From: Burkholderiales bacterium
GTDB lineage: Bacteria > Pseudomonadota > Gammaproteobacteria > Burkholderiales > SG8-39
Length of the DNA: 64,000 nucleotides
Assembly (NCBI GenBank): GCA_050248795.1
Contig: JBFWRS010000003.1
Location: 6,500-70,499 of the forward strand
Reading direction: 5' to 3'
In this document: positions 42,583-53,599 of the stretch, piece after piece
Position numbering within the stretch: the first letter of the stretch is position 1
Layout of the letters: the number at the start of each line of letters is the position of its first letter
Position numbers and translations under genes: made by a program
Notes under the pieces: generated by a model
Told to the model about the DNA's origin: nothing
Seen by the model: only the letters and a program-made list of their open reading frames with translations
Databases searched by the model: none

Positions 42583-42596
42583 TTGAGCCAGATCAA
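42583..42596. promoter_or_regulatory. FNR/Anr box (acyl-CoA ligase operon promoter)
   Basis: TTGAGccagATCAA. CAGCAT hexamer 22 bp downstream. 64 bp from the ATG at 42661. Confidence 0.65.
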
Positions 42597-42660
42597 GCCG
42601 CGTTATTTCCTTCCGCGCCAGCATGCGCTCAGGTACAGCCAACATCAGGGAGTGCGTTGC

Positions 42661-44372
<1,712 letters not shown>

Positions 44373-44376
<4 letters not shown>

Positions 44377-45380
44377 GCGCAGCGCCGCCGCCTGAGGCCG
44401 CAGGCCCGGTGCCCTGGCCGCGCGAGTTCGCGCTGCAGATCGTCGCCGACATGGTGCGCATCCGGCGCATGGAGGAAACCTGCGCCGAGCGCTATGGCGC
44501 CGGCCGCATCCGCGGCTTCCTGCACCTGTACGTGGGCGAGGAAGCGGTGGCCACCGGCGCGATGCGCGCGCTCGACGCCGCGGACAACGTCGTCGCCACC
44601 TACCGCGAGCACGGCCACGCACTGCTGCGCGGCACCAGCATGCGCTCGATCATGGCCGAGATGTACGGCAAGCAGGAAGGCTGCTCGCGCGGCCGCGGCG
44701 GCTCGATGCACCTGTTCGATGCCAGCGTGCGCTTCTTCGGCGGCAACGCCATCGTCGGCGGCGGGCTGCCGGTGGCGACCGGCCTTGCGCTGGCGGCGAA
44801 GATGCGCGGCGAACCGCGGGTCACCGCCTGCTTCTTTGGCGAGGGTGCAGTCGCCGAGGGCGCGTTCCACGAGGCGCTGAACCTCGCCGCATTGTGGGAA
44901 TTGCCGGTGCTGTTTTGCTGCGAGAACAACCTCTACGCGATGGGTACCGCGCTGTCGCGCTCGCAGCCGCAGACCGACCTGTGCCGCAAGGCCGAGGCCT
45001 GCGGCGTGCACGCCTTCGCCGCCGACGGCATGGACGTGGTCGCCACGCACGAGGCGGCGCAGCGCGGGCGCGCACACTGCGCGGCGGGCAAGGGGCCGTG
45101 CTTCATCGAGTTCCGCACCTACCGCTTCCGCGCGCATTCGATGTTCGACCCCGAGTTGTACCGCGACAAGGCCGAGGTAGAGCGCTGGAAGGAGCGCGGG
45201 CCGATACACAACTACACGGCACGGCTGAAGGCGCAGGGCATGCTCACAGAGGAACAGTTCCTCGAGCTCGAGCGCGCCGCCGACCAGGAAGTCGCTGATG
45301 CGGTCGCCTACGCCGAGGCGGGCACCTGGGAACCGGTCGCGGACCTCGCCCGCGACCTCTACACCCCGGCCGTGACATGA
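44373..45380 (+). CDS. 2-oxoacid (pyruvate/acetoin-type) dehydrogenase E1 alpha subunit
   Basis: ThDP motif [35 protein letters not shown] overlap with the ligase stop. Confidence 0.85.
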
Positions 45381-46348
45381 GCCGGATGAACTACCGTGAG
45401 GCGCTGCGCGCGGGATTGCGCGAGGCGCTGGTGCGCGAGCCGCGCGCATTCCTGATGGGCGAGGACGTCGGCCGCTACGGCGGCACCTACGCGGTGAGCA
45501 AGGGCATGCTGGACGAGTTCGGTCCCGAGCGCGTGCGCGACACGCCGCTGTCCGAACTCGGCTTCACCGGCGCCGGCATAGGCGCGGCGCTGGGCGGGCA
45601 ACTGCCCATCGTCGAGATCATGACGGTGAATTTCAGCCTGCTGGCGCTGGACCAGATCGTCAACACCGCGGCGCTGTACCGCCACATGTCGGGCGGGCAG
45701 TTCTCGGTGCCGCTGGTGATCCGCACCTCCAGCGGCGCAGGCCGCCAGCTCGCGGCGCAGCACTCGCACAGCTTCGAGGCCTGGTACGCGCACATACCGG
45801 GGATACGCGTGGTAGCTGCCGCGACGGTGGAGGATGCGCGCGGCATGCTGTGGCAGGCGCTCGCCGATCCGGACCCGGTGGTGGTGTTCGAGTACCCGGC
45901 GCTGTTCGCGATCGAGGACGAGTGCCCCGACAAGGTGGATGTCGATATCCGCAGCGCGAAGGTGCGCCGTGCCGGCACGCAGGTGAGCCTCATCACCTAC
46001 GGCGCCTGCCTGCCCAAGGTGCTCGAGGCGGCGCAGGCGCTGGCCGCCGAGGGCATCGACGCCGAAGTGCTGGACCTGCGCGTGCTGCGTCCGCTGGACG
46101 ATGCGACGCTGCTTGCGTCGGTGCGCAAGACGCGGCGCGCGGTGGTCATCGACGAATGCTGGCACACCGGCAGCCTGGCTGCGGAAGTGATGGCGCGCAT
46201 CATGGAAGGCGCCTTCTACGACCTCGACGCGCCGGTGGCGCGCGTGTGCAGCGTGGAAGTGCCGATACCCTACGCAAAGCACCTGGAGGAGGCAGCGTTG
46301 CCGCAGGTGCCGCGCATCGTCGAGGCTGCGCGGGGGCTGTTCAAATGA
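45377..46348 (+). CDS. 2-oxoacid dehydrogenase E1 beta subunit
   Basis: Transketolase-like pyrimidine-binding and C-terminal domains ([16 protein letters not shown]). ATGA overlap. Confidence 0.85.
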   Translation: MSRMNYREALRAGLREALVREPRAFLMGEDVGRYGGTYAVSKGMLDEFGPERVRDTPLSELGFTGAGIGAALGGQLPIVEIMTVNFSLLALDQIVNTAALYRHMSGGQFSVPLVIRTSSGAGRQLAAQHSHSFEAWYAHIPGIRVVAAATVEDARGMLWQALADPDPVVVFEYPALFAIEDECPDKVDVDIRSAKVRRAGTQVSLITYGACLPKVLEAAQALAAEGIDAEVLDLRVLRPLDDATLLASVRKTRRAVVIDECWHTGSLAAEVMARIMEGAFYDLDAPVARVCSVEVPIPYAKHLEEAALPQVPRIVEAARGLFK

Positions 46349-47544
46349 TCGAGTTCCACCTGCCTTCGCTCGGCGCCGACATGGAGGAGGGCAAGCTCCT
46401 GGAATGGAAGGTCGCGCCGGGGCAGAGCGTGAAGCGCGGCGACGTGGTCGCGGTCATCGATACCTCCAAGGCGGCGGTCGAAGTCGAGATCTGGGAGTCG
46501 GGCACGGTGCATGAACTCCTTGCGCAGCCGGGCGAGACCTACCCGGTGGGCGCGGTGCTGGCGCGCCTGCTTGCGCCGGGCGAGCAGCCCGGTGCCGCAC
46601 CGCCAGCCGCGGTAGCCGCCGCCACTCCCGCGGTGCCGACCGGCGCGCCCGCGCCGACCGCGGCGCCTGCCACGGCAGCGGCGCCGGGCGCTGCGCCCAC
46701 ATTGCGCCCGCGCGCGTCGCCCTCGGCGCGCAAGCGCGCGGCCGAATTGGATGTCGCGCTGGAAGGCGTAACCGGTACCGGGCCGGGAGGGGCGATCACG
46801 CTGCAGGACATCGAGAACGCCGCCGCGCGCGCGGCAGCGAAACCTGCCGCCCCGGCGAAGAGCGCTGCGCTGCAGGACCGGCAGGCGGAGATGCAGCGCA
46901 CCATCGCCGCGGCGATGAGCCGCTCCAAGCGCGAGATCCCGCATTACTACCTGAGCGACACGGTGCCGCTGGGCGTGGCAGCGGACTGGCTGGCGCGCGA
47001 GAACGCCGCGCGTCCGGTCACCGAGCGCGTGCTGATGGCTGCGCTGTACCTGAAGGCGGTGGCGAGCGCCTGCGTGCGCCACCCGGACATGAACGGCTAC
47101 TACGTCGACGGGCGTTTCCAGCCTGGCGCGGCGGTTCACCTCGGCGTGGCGATTTCGCTGCGCAGCGGCGGGCTGGTCGCGCCGGCGCTGCTCGATGCGC
47201 AGGCGAAGAGCGTGACCGAGCTGATGCGCGAGCTCGCCGACCTGGTGAAGCGCACGCGCACCGGGAGCCTGCGAGCAAGCGAGCTGTCCAGCGCCACCAT
47301 CACGGTGACGAACCTGGGCGACGAGGGCGTGGAGGCGGTGTTCGGCGTGATCCATCCGCCGCAGGTAGCGCTGGTCGGCTTCGGCAGGGCGGCCGAGCGC
47401 GCGTGGGGCGAGGACGGCAAGCTGAGCGTGATGCGCACGGTGACCGCGACGCTCGCCGCCGACCACCGCGTCAGCAACGGCATGCGCGGCGCGCAGTTCC
47501 TCGCCGAGGTGAAGCGCCTGCTGCAATCGCCCGAGACACTATGA
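46345..47544 (+). CDS. dihydrolipoamide acyltransferase E2 (lipoyl, E3-binding and catalytic domains)
   Basis: Lipoyl motif [10 protein letters not shown], Ala/Pro linker, PSBD ([13 protein letters not shown]...GTGPGGAIT) and catalytic DHRVSNG. Confidence 0.85.
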   Translation: MIEFHLPSLGADMEEGKLLEWKVAPGQSVKRGDVVAVIDTSKAAVEVEIWESGTVHELLAQPGETYPVGAVLARLLAPGEQPGAAPPAAVAAATPAVPTGAPAPTAAPATAAAPGAAPTLRPRASPSARKRAAELDVALEGVTGTGPGGAITLQDIENAAARAAAKPAAPAKSAALQDRQAEMQRTIAAAMSRSKREIPHYYLSDTVPLGVAADWLARENAARPVTERVLMAALYLKAVASACVRHPDMNGYYVDGRFQPGAAVHLGVAISLRSGGLVAPALLDAQAKSVTELMRELADLVKRTRTGSLRASELSSATITVTNLGDEGVEAVFGVIHPPQVALVGFGRAAERAWGEDGKLSVMRTVTATLAADHRVSNGMRGAQFLAEVKRLLQSPETL

Positions 47545-47557
47545 CGAGAGGAATGCG

Positions 47558-47818
47558 ATGAACGAAGCGGAAGTGCGGGCAGGGGTGATCGCGGTGATCA
47601 GGTCGATCGCGCCCGAGGTCGAGGAGGGCGAGATCGACCCGGCGCGTTTGCTGCGCGACCAGATCGACCTCGACTCGATGGACTGGCTGAACGTGATCGT
47701 CGCATTCCACGAGCGCTTCGGCATCGACATCCCCGAGGCCGACTACGCCAGGCTGACCACGCTGGATGCGGTGGTCGGCTACATCGCCGCGAAGAAAGCG
47801 GGAAAGCCCGCCGGCTAG
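47558..47818 (+). CDS. acyl carrier protein / phosphopantetheine-binding protein
   Basis: 86 aa four-helix pattern with DQIDLDSMDWLNV (DS attachment motif). GAGAGGAA RBS. Confidence 0.7.
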   Translation: MNEAEVRAGVIAVIRSIAPEVEEGEIDPARLLRDQIDLDSMDWLNVIVAFHERFGIDIPEADYARLTTLDAVVGYIAAKKAGKPAG

Positions 47819-48342
47819 AGTTCTTTCACGATCCGCACCAGCGTGCGGTCTTCAGGCACCGGCTCGACGCGAAATCCGAGTGCTCGCACGAAGCGCAGCA
47901 TCGGCCGGTTGGTGGCGAGCACCAGGCCTTCCATGCGCCGCAGGCCGCGCGCGCGCGCCGCCTGCATCAGCGCGTCCATCAGCACACCCGCCAGCCCGGA
48001 CTTCTGCCAGGCGTCCGCGATGACGATGCCGAGCTCGCAACTGCGCCCGTCCGGCGCGGCGACGTAGCGCGCCTCGCCGACCACTTCCTCGCCGCCGTCG
48101 CGCGCGTGCGTGCCGAGCAGCGCCAGGTGCTTGTCATGGTCGACGTCGGTGAGGAAATGGATCAGCCGGTCCGAGGGCGCATGCACCCACTTCTGGAACC
48201 GCAGGTAGCGCGTCTCGCCCGACAGGTGCTGGATGAAGTCCCGCTCGGCGAGGTCGTCGTCGCGGCGCACCGGGCGGATGTGCACCATGCGGCCGTCGCG
48301 CAGCCGCAGCCGCTTTTCGAGTTCCGCGGGGTACGCGGCCAT
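47815..48342 (-). CDS. stand-alone Pat-type GNAT acetyltransferase
   Basis: 175 aa, colinear with the C-terminal GNAT of the 24909-27593 protein: YPAELE, LRDG, IRPVRRDD, RYLRF, DAWQKSGLAG. The long track ORF to 48951 is an upstream extension in the same frame. Confidence 0.75.
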   Translation of the reverse strand: MAAYPAELEKRLRLRDGRMVHIRPVRRDDDLAERDFIQHLSGETRYLRFQKWVHAPSDRLIHFLTDVDHDKHLALLGTHARDGGEEVVGEARYVAAPDGRSCELGIVIADAWQKSGLAGVLMDALMQAARARGLRRMEGLVLATNRPMLRFVRALGFRVEPVPEDRTLVRIVKEL

Positions 48343-48427
48343 CAGCGCTGTACCGATCGGGCCGGGCGGGCGTTGGCATCCATGGCGTAGGGTATGCTGG
48401 ATCGGCACGGCGCGAGAAGGCGCGGGT

Positions 48428-48441
48428 TTGACCGGCGTCAA
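48428..48441. promoter_or_regulatory. FNR/Anr box (small ORF / Lon-like operon promoter)
   Basis: TTGACcggcGTCAA inside the palindrome GCGGGTTTGAC-CGGC-GTCAAACGCGC. CAGGAT hexamer 21 bp downstream. 33 bp from the ATG at 48475. Confidence 0.65.
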
Positions 48442-48474
48442 ACGCGCGTGCCGCAGCGGAGGCAGGATCATGCC

Positions 48475-48792
48475 ATGCTGACATTCGAGGACTGCATCGC
48501 CCTGTGCGGCCTGAGCGAGGACGAGGTGCGCGCGATTGCCGAGCACGAGCACATACCGGAGCTCGCCGCCGCCGAGTACGGCAATTACCTCGCCAGCACG
48601 CCCGAGGGCGAACAATGCATCCGCGCGATGATCCGCGACGACATCGCGAACGCCGCGGCATCCGGCAACCTCGAGCGGCAGCTCGCGCTGAAGCTGGTGC
48701 TGCGCAATTTCATCCTGCAGCACCCGCGCTGCGAACAGCGCCACCGCGACGAGCTTCACCTGCCTGAGCGCCGCCTGGCGGGCAGGAGCTGA
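48475..48792 (+). CDS. hypothetical helical protein (105 aa) preceding the Lon-like protease
   Basis: ATG at 48475. Its stop lies 1 nt before the Lon-like ATG. No recognisable family. Four Cys. Confidence 0.5.
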   Translation: MLTFEDCIALCGLSEDEVRAIAEHEHIPELAAAEYGNYLASTPEGEQCIRAMIRDDIANAAASGNLERQLALKLVLRNFILQHPRCEQRHRDELHLPERRLAGRS

Positions 48793-48793
48793 C

Positions 48794-51247
48794 ATGCAGG
48801 CCGCCTCGCCCGCGCCGCTCGCGGCGGCGCAGCTGTGCCGCCGCTGCGACCCCGAGCGGCTGGGATTCGGCACCACCGACGAGCTCACCGACCTCGCCGA
48901 CCCGCCGGGCCAGGCGCGCGCCGAGGGCGCGATCCGCTTTGCGGTGGACATGGTGCACGAGGGCTACAACCTGTTCGTCATGGGGCCGGAGGGCTTCGGC
49001 CGCCGCAGCATGATCCGCCGCATCCTCGAGCGCCGCGAGCCGCCGCGCGCGGATGCGCTGTCCGACTGGTGCTACGTGTTCAATTTCGCGCAGCCGCACC
49101 AGCCGCGCGCGCTGCGGCTTCCCGCCGGCCGCGCGGCGAAGCTGCGCGACGGCATGGCGCGACTGGTCGAGGACCTGGGCGCGGCGATTCCGTCGGCGTT
49201 CGAGACCGACGAGTACCGCACGCGCCAGAAGGAAATCGAGCGCGTGTTCGAGCAGCGCCAGGAAGAAGCGCTCGGCGCGGTGGGCGATCATGCGCGCAAG
49301 GACGGCATCGCGCTCTTGCGCACGCCTTCCGGCTTCGGCTTTGCGCCGCTGCACGAAGACGCCGTGATGGAGCCGGATGCGTTCCGCAAGCTGCCGCAGG
49401 CCGAGCAGGAACGCCTGCAGCATCGCATCGCCGAGCTGCAGGAGGAGCTCGAGGCGGTTATCCACGAGATGCCGAAGTGGCGCCGCGAGGCGCAGCGCCA
49501 GTTGCGCGAGCTGAACCGCCAGGTCGCCAGCGCGGCGGTGAACGGCCTGATCGAGGAGCTCGAGTCCGCTTGGCGCGACCTGCCGGCGGTGAGCGCGTAC
49601 CTGGGCGAGGTGCGCGAGGACGTGCTCGAACACGCGGAATACTTCCGCCAGTCGAAGGACGGCGAGCGCCCGACGCTGTTTGGCATGCCGTTGCCGATGC
49701 CCGAGGGCGGCGATGCGCCGCTGCGCCGCTATGTCGTCAACGTGCTGGTGGAGAACGCCGACGCGCAGGCCGTGCCCATCGTCACCGAGGAAAACCCCAC
49801 GCACGACAACCTGCTCGGGCGCATCGAGCACATCGCGCAGATGGGCACGCTGGTAACGGACTTTTCGCTCATCAAGGCGGGCGCGCTGCATCGCGCCAAC
49901 GGCGGCTACCTGGTGCTGGACGCGGTGAAGGTGCTGTCGCAGCCCTTCGCCTGGGAGGCGCTCAAGCGCGCGCTGCGCTCGCGCGAGATCCGCACCGAGT
50001 CGCTGGGGCGCGCGCTCAGCCTGGTGAGTACCGTGTCGCTGCTGCCCGAGCCGATCCCGCTCGCGCTCAAGGTGGTGCTGGTGGGGCCGCGCATGATCTA
50101 TTACCTGCTGCACGCCTACGACCCGGAGTTCGCGGAACTGTTCAAGGTGGCGGCCGACTTCGAGGATGACTTCGAGCGCAGCGTCGAGGCCGACCGGCTC
50201 TACGCGCGCCTGGTGGCGACGATCGCGCGGCGCGAGAAGCTGCGCGCGCTCGATGCCGGCGCGGTGGCGCGCGTGATCGAGCACGCGGCGCGCACCGCCG
50301 GTGCGGCGGAAAAGCTGTCGGCGAACCTGGCGCGGCTTGCCGACCTGCTGCGCGAATCGGACCACTGGGCCGCCGCCGGCGGCAGGACGGTCACCGGCGC
50401 CGCGGACGTGCAGCGCGCCATCGACGCGCAGGACGAGCGCGCCGGTCGCGTGCGCGACCGCATGCACGAGGCGATCTTCAAGGGCACGCTGCTGATCGAC
50501 ACGCGCGGCGAGCGCGTCGGGCAGGTGAACGGCCTCGCCGTCACCGAGCTCGGCGGCCGCGCCTTCGGCATCCCGCACCGCATCACGGCGCGCGTGCGCC
50601 TGGGCAGCGGCAGGGTGATGGACATCGAGCGCGAAGCCGAGCTCGGCGGGCCGATCCATTCCAAGGGCGTGCTGATCCTCTCAGGCTTCCTCGCCTCCCG
50701 CTACGCGGCGAAGCTGCCGCTCGCGCTGTCGGCCAGCCTGGTATTCGAGCAGAGCTACGGCGGCGTCGAGGGAGACAGCGCGTCCTCGGCGGAACTGTGC
50801 GCGCTGCTATCGGCGCTCGCCGAGGCACCGCTGCGCCAGTCGCTCGCCATCACCGGCTCGGTGAACCAGCATGGCGACGTGCAGGCGATCGGCGGCGTCA
50901 ACGAGAAGATCGAGGGCTTCTTCGATGTCTGCCGCGCGCGCGGGCTGGCGGCGGGGCAGGGCGTGATCATCCCGGCCGCCAACGTGCAGCACCTGATGCT
51001 GCGCGCGGACGTGGTGCAGGCGGTGGCGGAAGGCCGCTTCGCGATCTATCCGGTCGGCTCGATCGACGAAGCTGCGGCGCTGCTGAGCGGCATGCCCGCG
51101 GGCGAGCGCGATGCGCTGGGCGCATTCCCGCCCGGATCGCTGAACGGCCGGGTCGAACAGCGCCTCACCGATTTCGCGGCACAGGCGCGCGGCGCCGCGC
51201 CAGGACGCGAGCGCAGGCGCGATGCGCGCACGGGGCGGCGGCGATGA
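48794..51247 (+). CDS. Lon-like protease with degenerate AAA module (LonC/COG1067-like)
   Basis: C-terminal Lon S16 domain with GDSASSAE (Ser) and GGVNEKIEG (Lys). N-terminal P-loop-like VMGPEGFGRRS with Arg where the Walker A Lys is expected. Long helical insertion. Confidence 0.85.
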   Translation: MQAASPAPLAAAQLCRRCDPERLGFGTTDELTDLADPPGQARAEGAIRFAVDMVHEGYNLFVMGPEGFGRRSMIRRILERREPPRADALSDWCYVFNFAQPHQPRALRLPAGRAAKLRDGMARLVEDLGAAIPSAFETDEYRTRQKEIERVFEQRQEEALGAVGDHARKDGIALLRTPSGFGFAPLHEDAVMEPDAFRKLPQAEQERLQHRIAELQEELEAVIHEMPKWRREAQRQLRELNRQVASAAVNGLIEELESAWRDLPAVSAYLGEVREDVLEHAEYFRQSKDGERPTLFGMPLPMPEGGDAPLRRYVVNVLVENADAQAVPIVTEENPTHDNLLGRIEHIAQMGTLVTDFSLIKAGALHRANGGYLVLDAVKVLSQPFAWEALKRALRSREIRTESLGRALSLVSTVSLLPEPIPLALKVVLVGPRMIYYLLHAYDPEFAELFKVAADFEDDFERSVEADRLYARLVATIARREKLRALDAGAVARVIEHAARTAGAAEKLSANLARLADLLRESDHWAAAGGRTVTGAADVQRAIDAQDERAGRVRDRMHEAIFKGTLLIDTRGERVGQVNGLAVTELGGRAFGIPHRITARVRLGSGRVMDIEREAELGGPIHSKGVLILSGFLASRYAAKLPLALSASLVFEQSYGGVEGDSASSAELCALLSALAEAPLRQSLAITGSVNQHGDVQAIGGVNEKIEGFFDVCRARGLAAGQGVIIPAANVQHLMLRADVVQAVAEGRFAIYPVGSIDEAAALLSGMPAGERDALGAFPPGSLNGRVEQRLTDFAAQARGAAPGRERRRDARTGRRR

Positions 51248-51906
51248 ACGCGCGGCGCATCGTGCTCGGGCTCGAGGCCGGCATGTCGGCACGCGAACTC
51301 GAGGCAACCGCACAACTGGCGCAGCGCGTCGATGCCGAGCTGCTCGGCCTGTTCGTCGAGGATGCGGACCTGCTGCGCTTCGCCGAATTGCCTTTCGCGC
51401 TGGAGATCGGGCACGCGTCCGCGCAGCGGCGCAGGCCCGATGCGGCCGCGCTGCAGCGCGAGATGCGCGCGCTGGCGGCCGAGGCCGAGCGCGCGCTCGC
51501 CGGCATCGCCGCGCGCGTGCCGGTGCGCTGGTCGTTTCGCGTCACGCGTGGCTACGCCGCCACGGAGCTGCTCGCCGCGGCCGCCGAGGCGGTGGGCGCG
51601 GATCTGCGCCTGCTGCTGCTGGGCGACGGCGATTCGCCGGTGACGCGATGGGCGGAGGCAGCCTGCGCGCGGCTCGCCGGCACCAGCGCGGCACCCAGGC
51701 TGGAACTGGTGCGCGCGGCGGACGTCGATGAACTGGCCGCCGCGCTGCAGGCGGCTGCGCCGGGCGTCGTCGTGCTGCGCGCCGAAGCGTCGTTGCTGTC
51801 GCAGCGCGGCTTGCCGGACCTGCTGCAACGCAGTGCCGCGTCGGTTCTGGTGCTGCCGACGCGCCCTGCAGTGCCGCGGCCGCGCGCGGCGTCAGCGCGC
51901 CACTAG
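51244..51906 (+). CDS. hypothetical protein (220 aa), translationally coupled to the Lon-like gene
   Basis: ATGA overlap with the Lon-like stop. Ala/Leu/Arg-rich with alternating strand/helix pattern. No motif recognised. Confidence 0.45.
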   Translation: MNARRIVLGLEAGMSARELEATAQLAQRVDAELLGLFVEDADLLRFAELPFALEIGHASAQRRRPDAAALQREMRALAAEAERALAGIAARVPVRWSFRVTRGYAATELLAAAAEAVGADLRLLLLGDGDSPVTRWAEAACARLAGTSAAPRLELVRAADVDELAAALQAAAPGVVVLRAEASLLSQRGLPDLLQRSAASVLVLPTRPAVPRPRAASARH

Positions 51907-53519
51907 TACGGCGATTCCGGCGGCTGCGCTGCGGCGCGCTCCGGCAGGCGCGCAATCATGACGTCTGTGGTGAGCGCAAGGCCGGCGATCGACGCGGCGT
52001 TCTGCAGGCCGGCGCGCGTCACCTTGCACGGGTCAAGGACCCCCATCTCCACCAGGTCGCCGTACTCGCCGGTGGCGGCGTTGTAGCCGAAGTCTCCCTT
52101 TGCCTCGACCACGCGATTGACGACCACCGAGGGTTCGTCGCCAGCGTTGCGCGCGAGCTGGCGCAGCGGGTCCTCGAGCGCGCGCAGCACGATGCGGATG
52201 CCGGCATCCTGGTCGGCGTTGCCGCCGTGCAGGCCCTTCTGCAGGCGCGCGCGGGCGCGCAGCAGCCCGAGGCCGCCGCCCGGCAGCACGCCTTCCTCGA
52301 CCGCGGCGCGCGTCGCGTGCAGCGCGTCCTCGGTGCGCGCCTTGCGCTCCTTCATCTCGGTTTCGGTCGCGGCGCCGACCTTGATCAACGCCACCCCGCC
52401 TGCGAGCTTGGCGGCGCGTTCCTGCAGTTTCTCGCGGTCGTAGTCGCTGCCGGCGTCGTCGATCTGCCGCCGGATCGCGGCGACGCGCGCGTCGATGGCC
52501 GCGGGATCGCCGCCGCCGCCGATCAGCGTGGTGTCGTCCTTGTCGATCTCGACGCGCCTGGCGCGCCCGAGGTCCTCGAGCGACGCCTTCTCCAGCGACC
52601 TGCCTGCTTCCACCGAGATCACCCTGGCGCCGGTGAGCACCGCGAGGTCCTCCAGCATCGCCTTCCTGCGGTCGCCGAACCCGGGCGCCTTGACGGCGCA
52701 GGCCCTGATCACGCTGCGCAGCGAGTTGACCACCAGCGTGGCGAGCGCCTCGCCCTCGACCTCCTCGGCGATGACCAGCAGCGGCTTGCCGAGCTTGGCG
52801 ATGCCCTCCAGCAGCGGCAGCATGTCGCGGATCGCCGATATCTTGCTGTCGCACAGCAGCACCTGCACGTCCTCGAGCACCACGCGCTGCTTTTCCGCGT
52901 CGTTGATGAAGTACGGCGAAAGGTAGCCGCGGTCGAACTGCGTGCCCTCGACGACTTCGAGCTCGCTCTTCAGTCCCTTGCCGTCCTCGACGGTGATGAC
53001 GCCTTCCTTGCCCACGCGTTGCATTGCCTCGGCGACCATGTCGCCGATCGCGGCGTCGTTGTTGGCCGAGATCGTCGCCACCTGGGCGATCTCGGTGCGC
53101 GTCGAGCAGGGCCGCGCGGTGCGCTTCAACTCCTCGACGATCGCGGCGACAGCGAGGTCGATGCCGCGCTTCAGGTCCATCGGGTTCATGCCGGCGGCGA
53201 CGTACTTCATGCCCTCGGCGACGATGCCGGCGGCGAGCAGCGTCGCCGTGGTGGTGCCGTCGCCGGCGATTTCGGAGGTCTTCGAGGCCACCTCGCGCGC
53301 CATCTGCGCGCCCATGTTCTCGAACGGATCCTCGAGCTCGACTTCCTTCGCCACGACGACGCCGGAATTGATGATCTGCGGCGCACCGAAGCTGCGCTCC
53401 AGCACCACGGTGCGCGCCTTCGGTCCCAGCGTCACGCGCACTGCATCCGCCAGGATGCCGATGCCGCGCAGGATCTTCGCGCGGACCTGGTCGCCGAACA
53501 GGATACGCTTTGCACTCAT
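51903..53519 (-). CDS. groEL: orphan GroEL/Cpn60 paralogue (no groES, no GGM tail)
   Basis: [20 protein letters not shown]..., [15 protein letters not shown] motif. 538 aa ending ...AAQPPESPY. Confidence 0.9.
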   Translation of the reverse strand: MSAKRILFGDQVRAKILRGIGILADAVRVTLGPKARTVVLERSFGAPQIINSGVVVAKEVELEDPFENMGAQMAREVASKTSEIAGDGTTTATLLAAGIVAEGMKYVAAGMNPMDLKRGIDLAVAAIVEELKRTARPCSTRTEIAQVATISANNDAAIGDMVAEAMQRVGKEGVITVEDGKGLKSELEVVEGTQFDRGYLSPYFINDAEKQRVVLEDVQVLLCDSKISAIRDMLPLLEGIAKLGKPLLVIAEEVEGEALATLVVNSLRSVIRACAVKAPGFGDRRKAMLEDLAVLTGARVISVEAGRSLEKASLEDLGRARRVEIDKDDTTLIGGGGDPAAIDARVAAIRRQIDDAGSDYDREKLQERAAKLAGGVALIKVGAATETEMKERKARTEDALHATRAAVEEGVLPGGGLGLLRARARLQKGLHGGNADQDAGIRIVLRALEDPLRQLARNAGDEPSVVVNRVVEAKGDFGYNAATGEYGDLVEMGVLDPCKVTRAGLQNAASIAGLALTTDVMIARLPERAAAQPPESPY

Positions 53520-53552
53520 GCCGTCATTTTTTCCCAATGCAGCCGTGGCCCT

Positions 53553-53566
53553 TTGACGCAGATCAA
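53553..53566. promoter_or_regulatory. FNR/Anr box centred between divergent groEL paralogue and kinase-like gene
   Basis: TTGACgcagATCAA, exactly 33 bp from each start codon (53519 and 53600). AAAAAT (minus) and GAGCAT (plus) hexamers lie 21 bp from the box. Confidence 0.7.
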
Positions 53567-53599
53567 GCCGGCAGCCGGCTCGCCGCGGAGCATCGTGCC

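Noticed and set aside
46560-46760. GCC/GCG-rich repetitive stretch as a possible DNA tandem repeat
   Set aside because: It encodes the Ala/Pro-rich flexible linker between the lipoyl and E3-binding domains of E2. This is expected low complexity, not a structured repeat or CRISPR.
53510-53599. ATG at 53510 as the start of the kinase-like gene
   Set aside because: This start would make the coding region run through the FNR box and overlap the divergent groEL start. The encoded N-terminal 30 aa ([19 protein letters not shown]...) look non-conserved. GTG at 53600 fits the promoter geometry and typical N-termini of this family, but it remains unproven.
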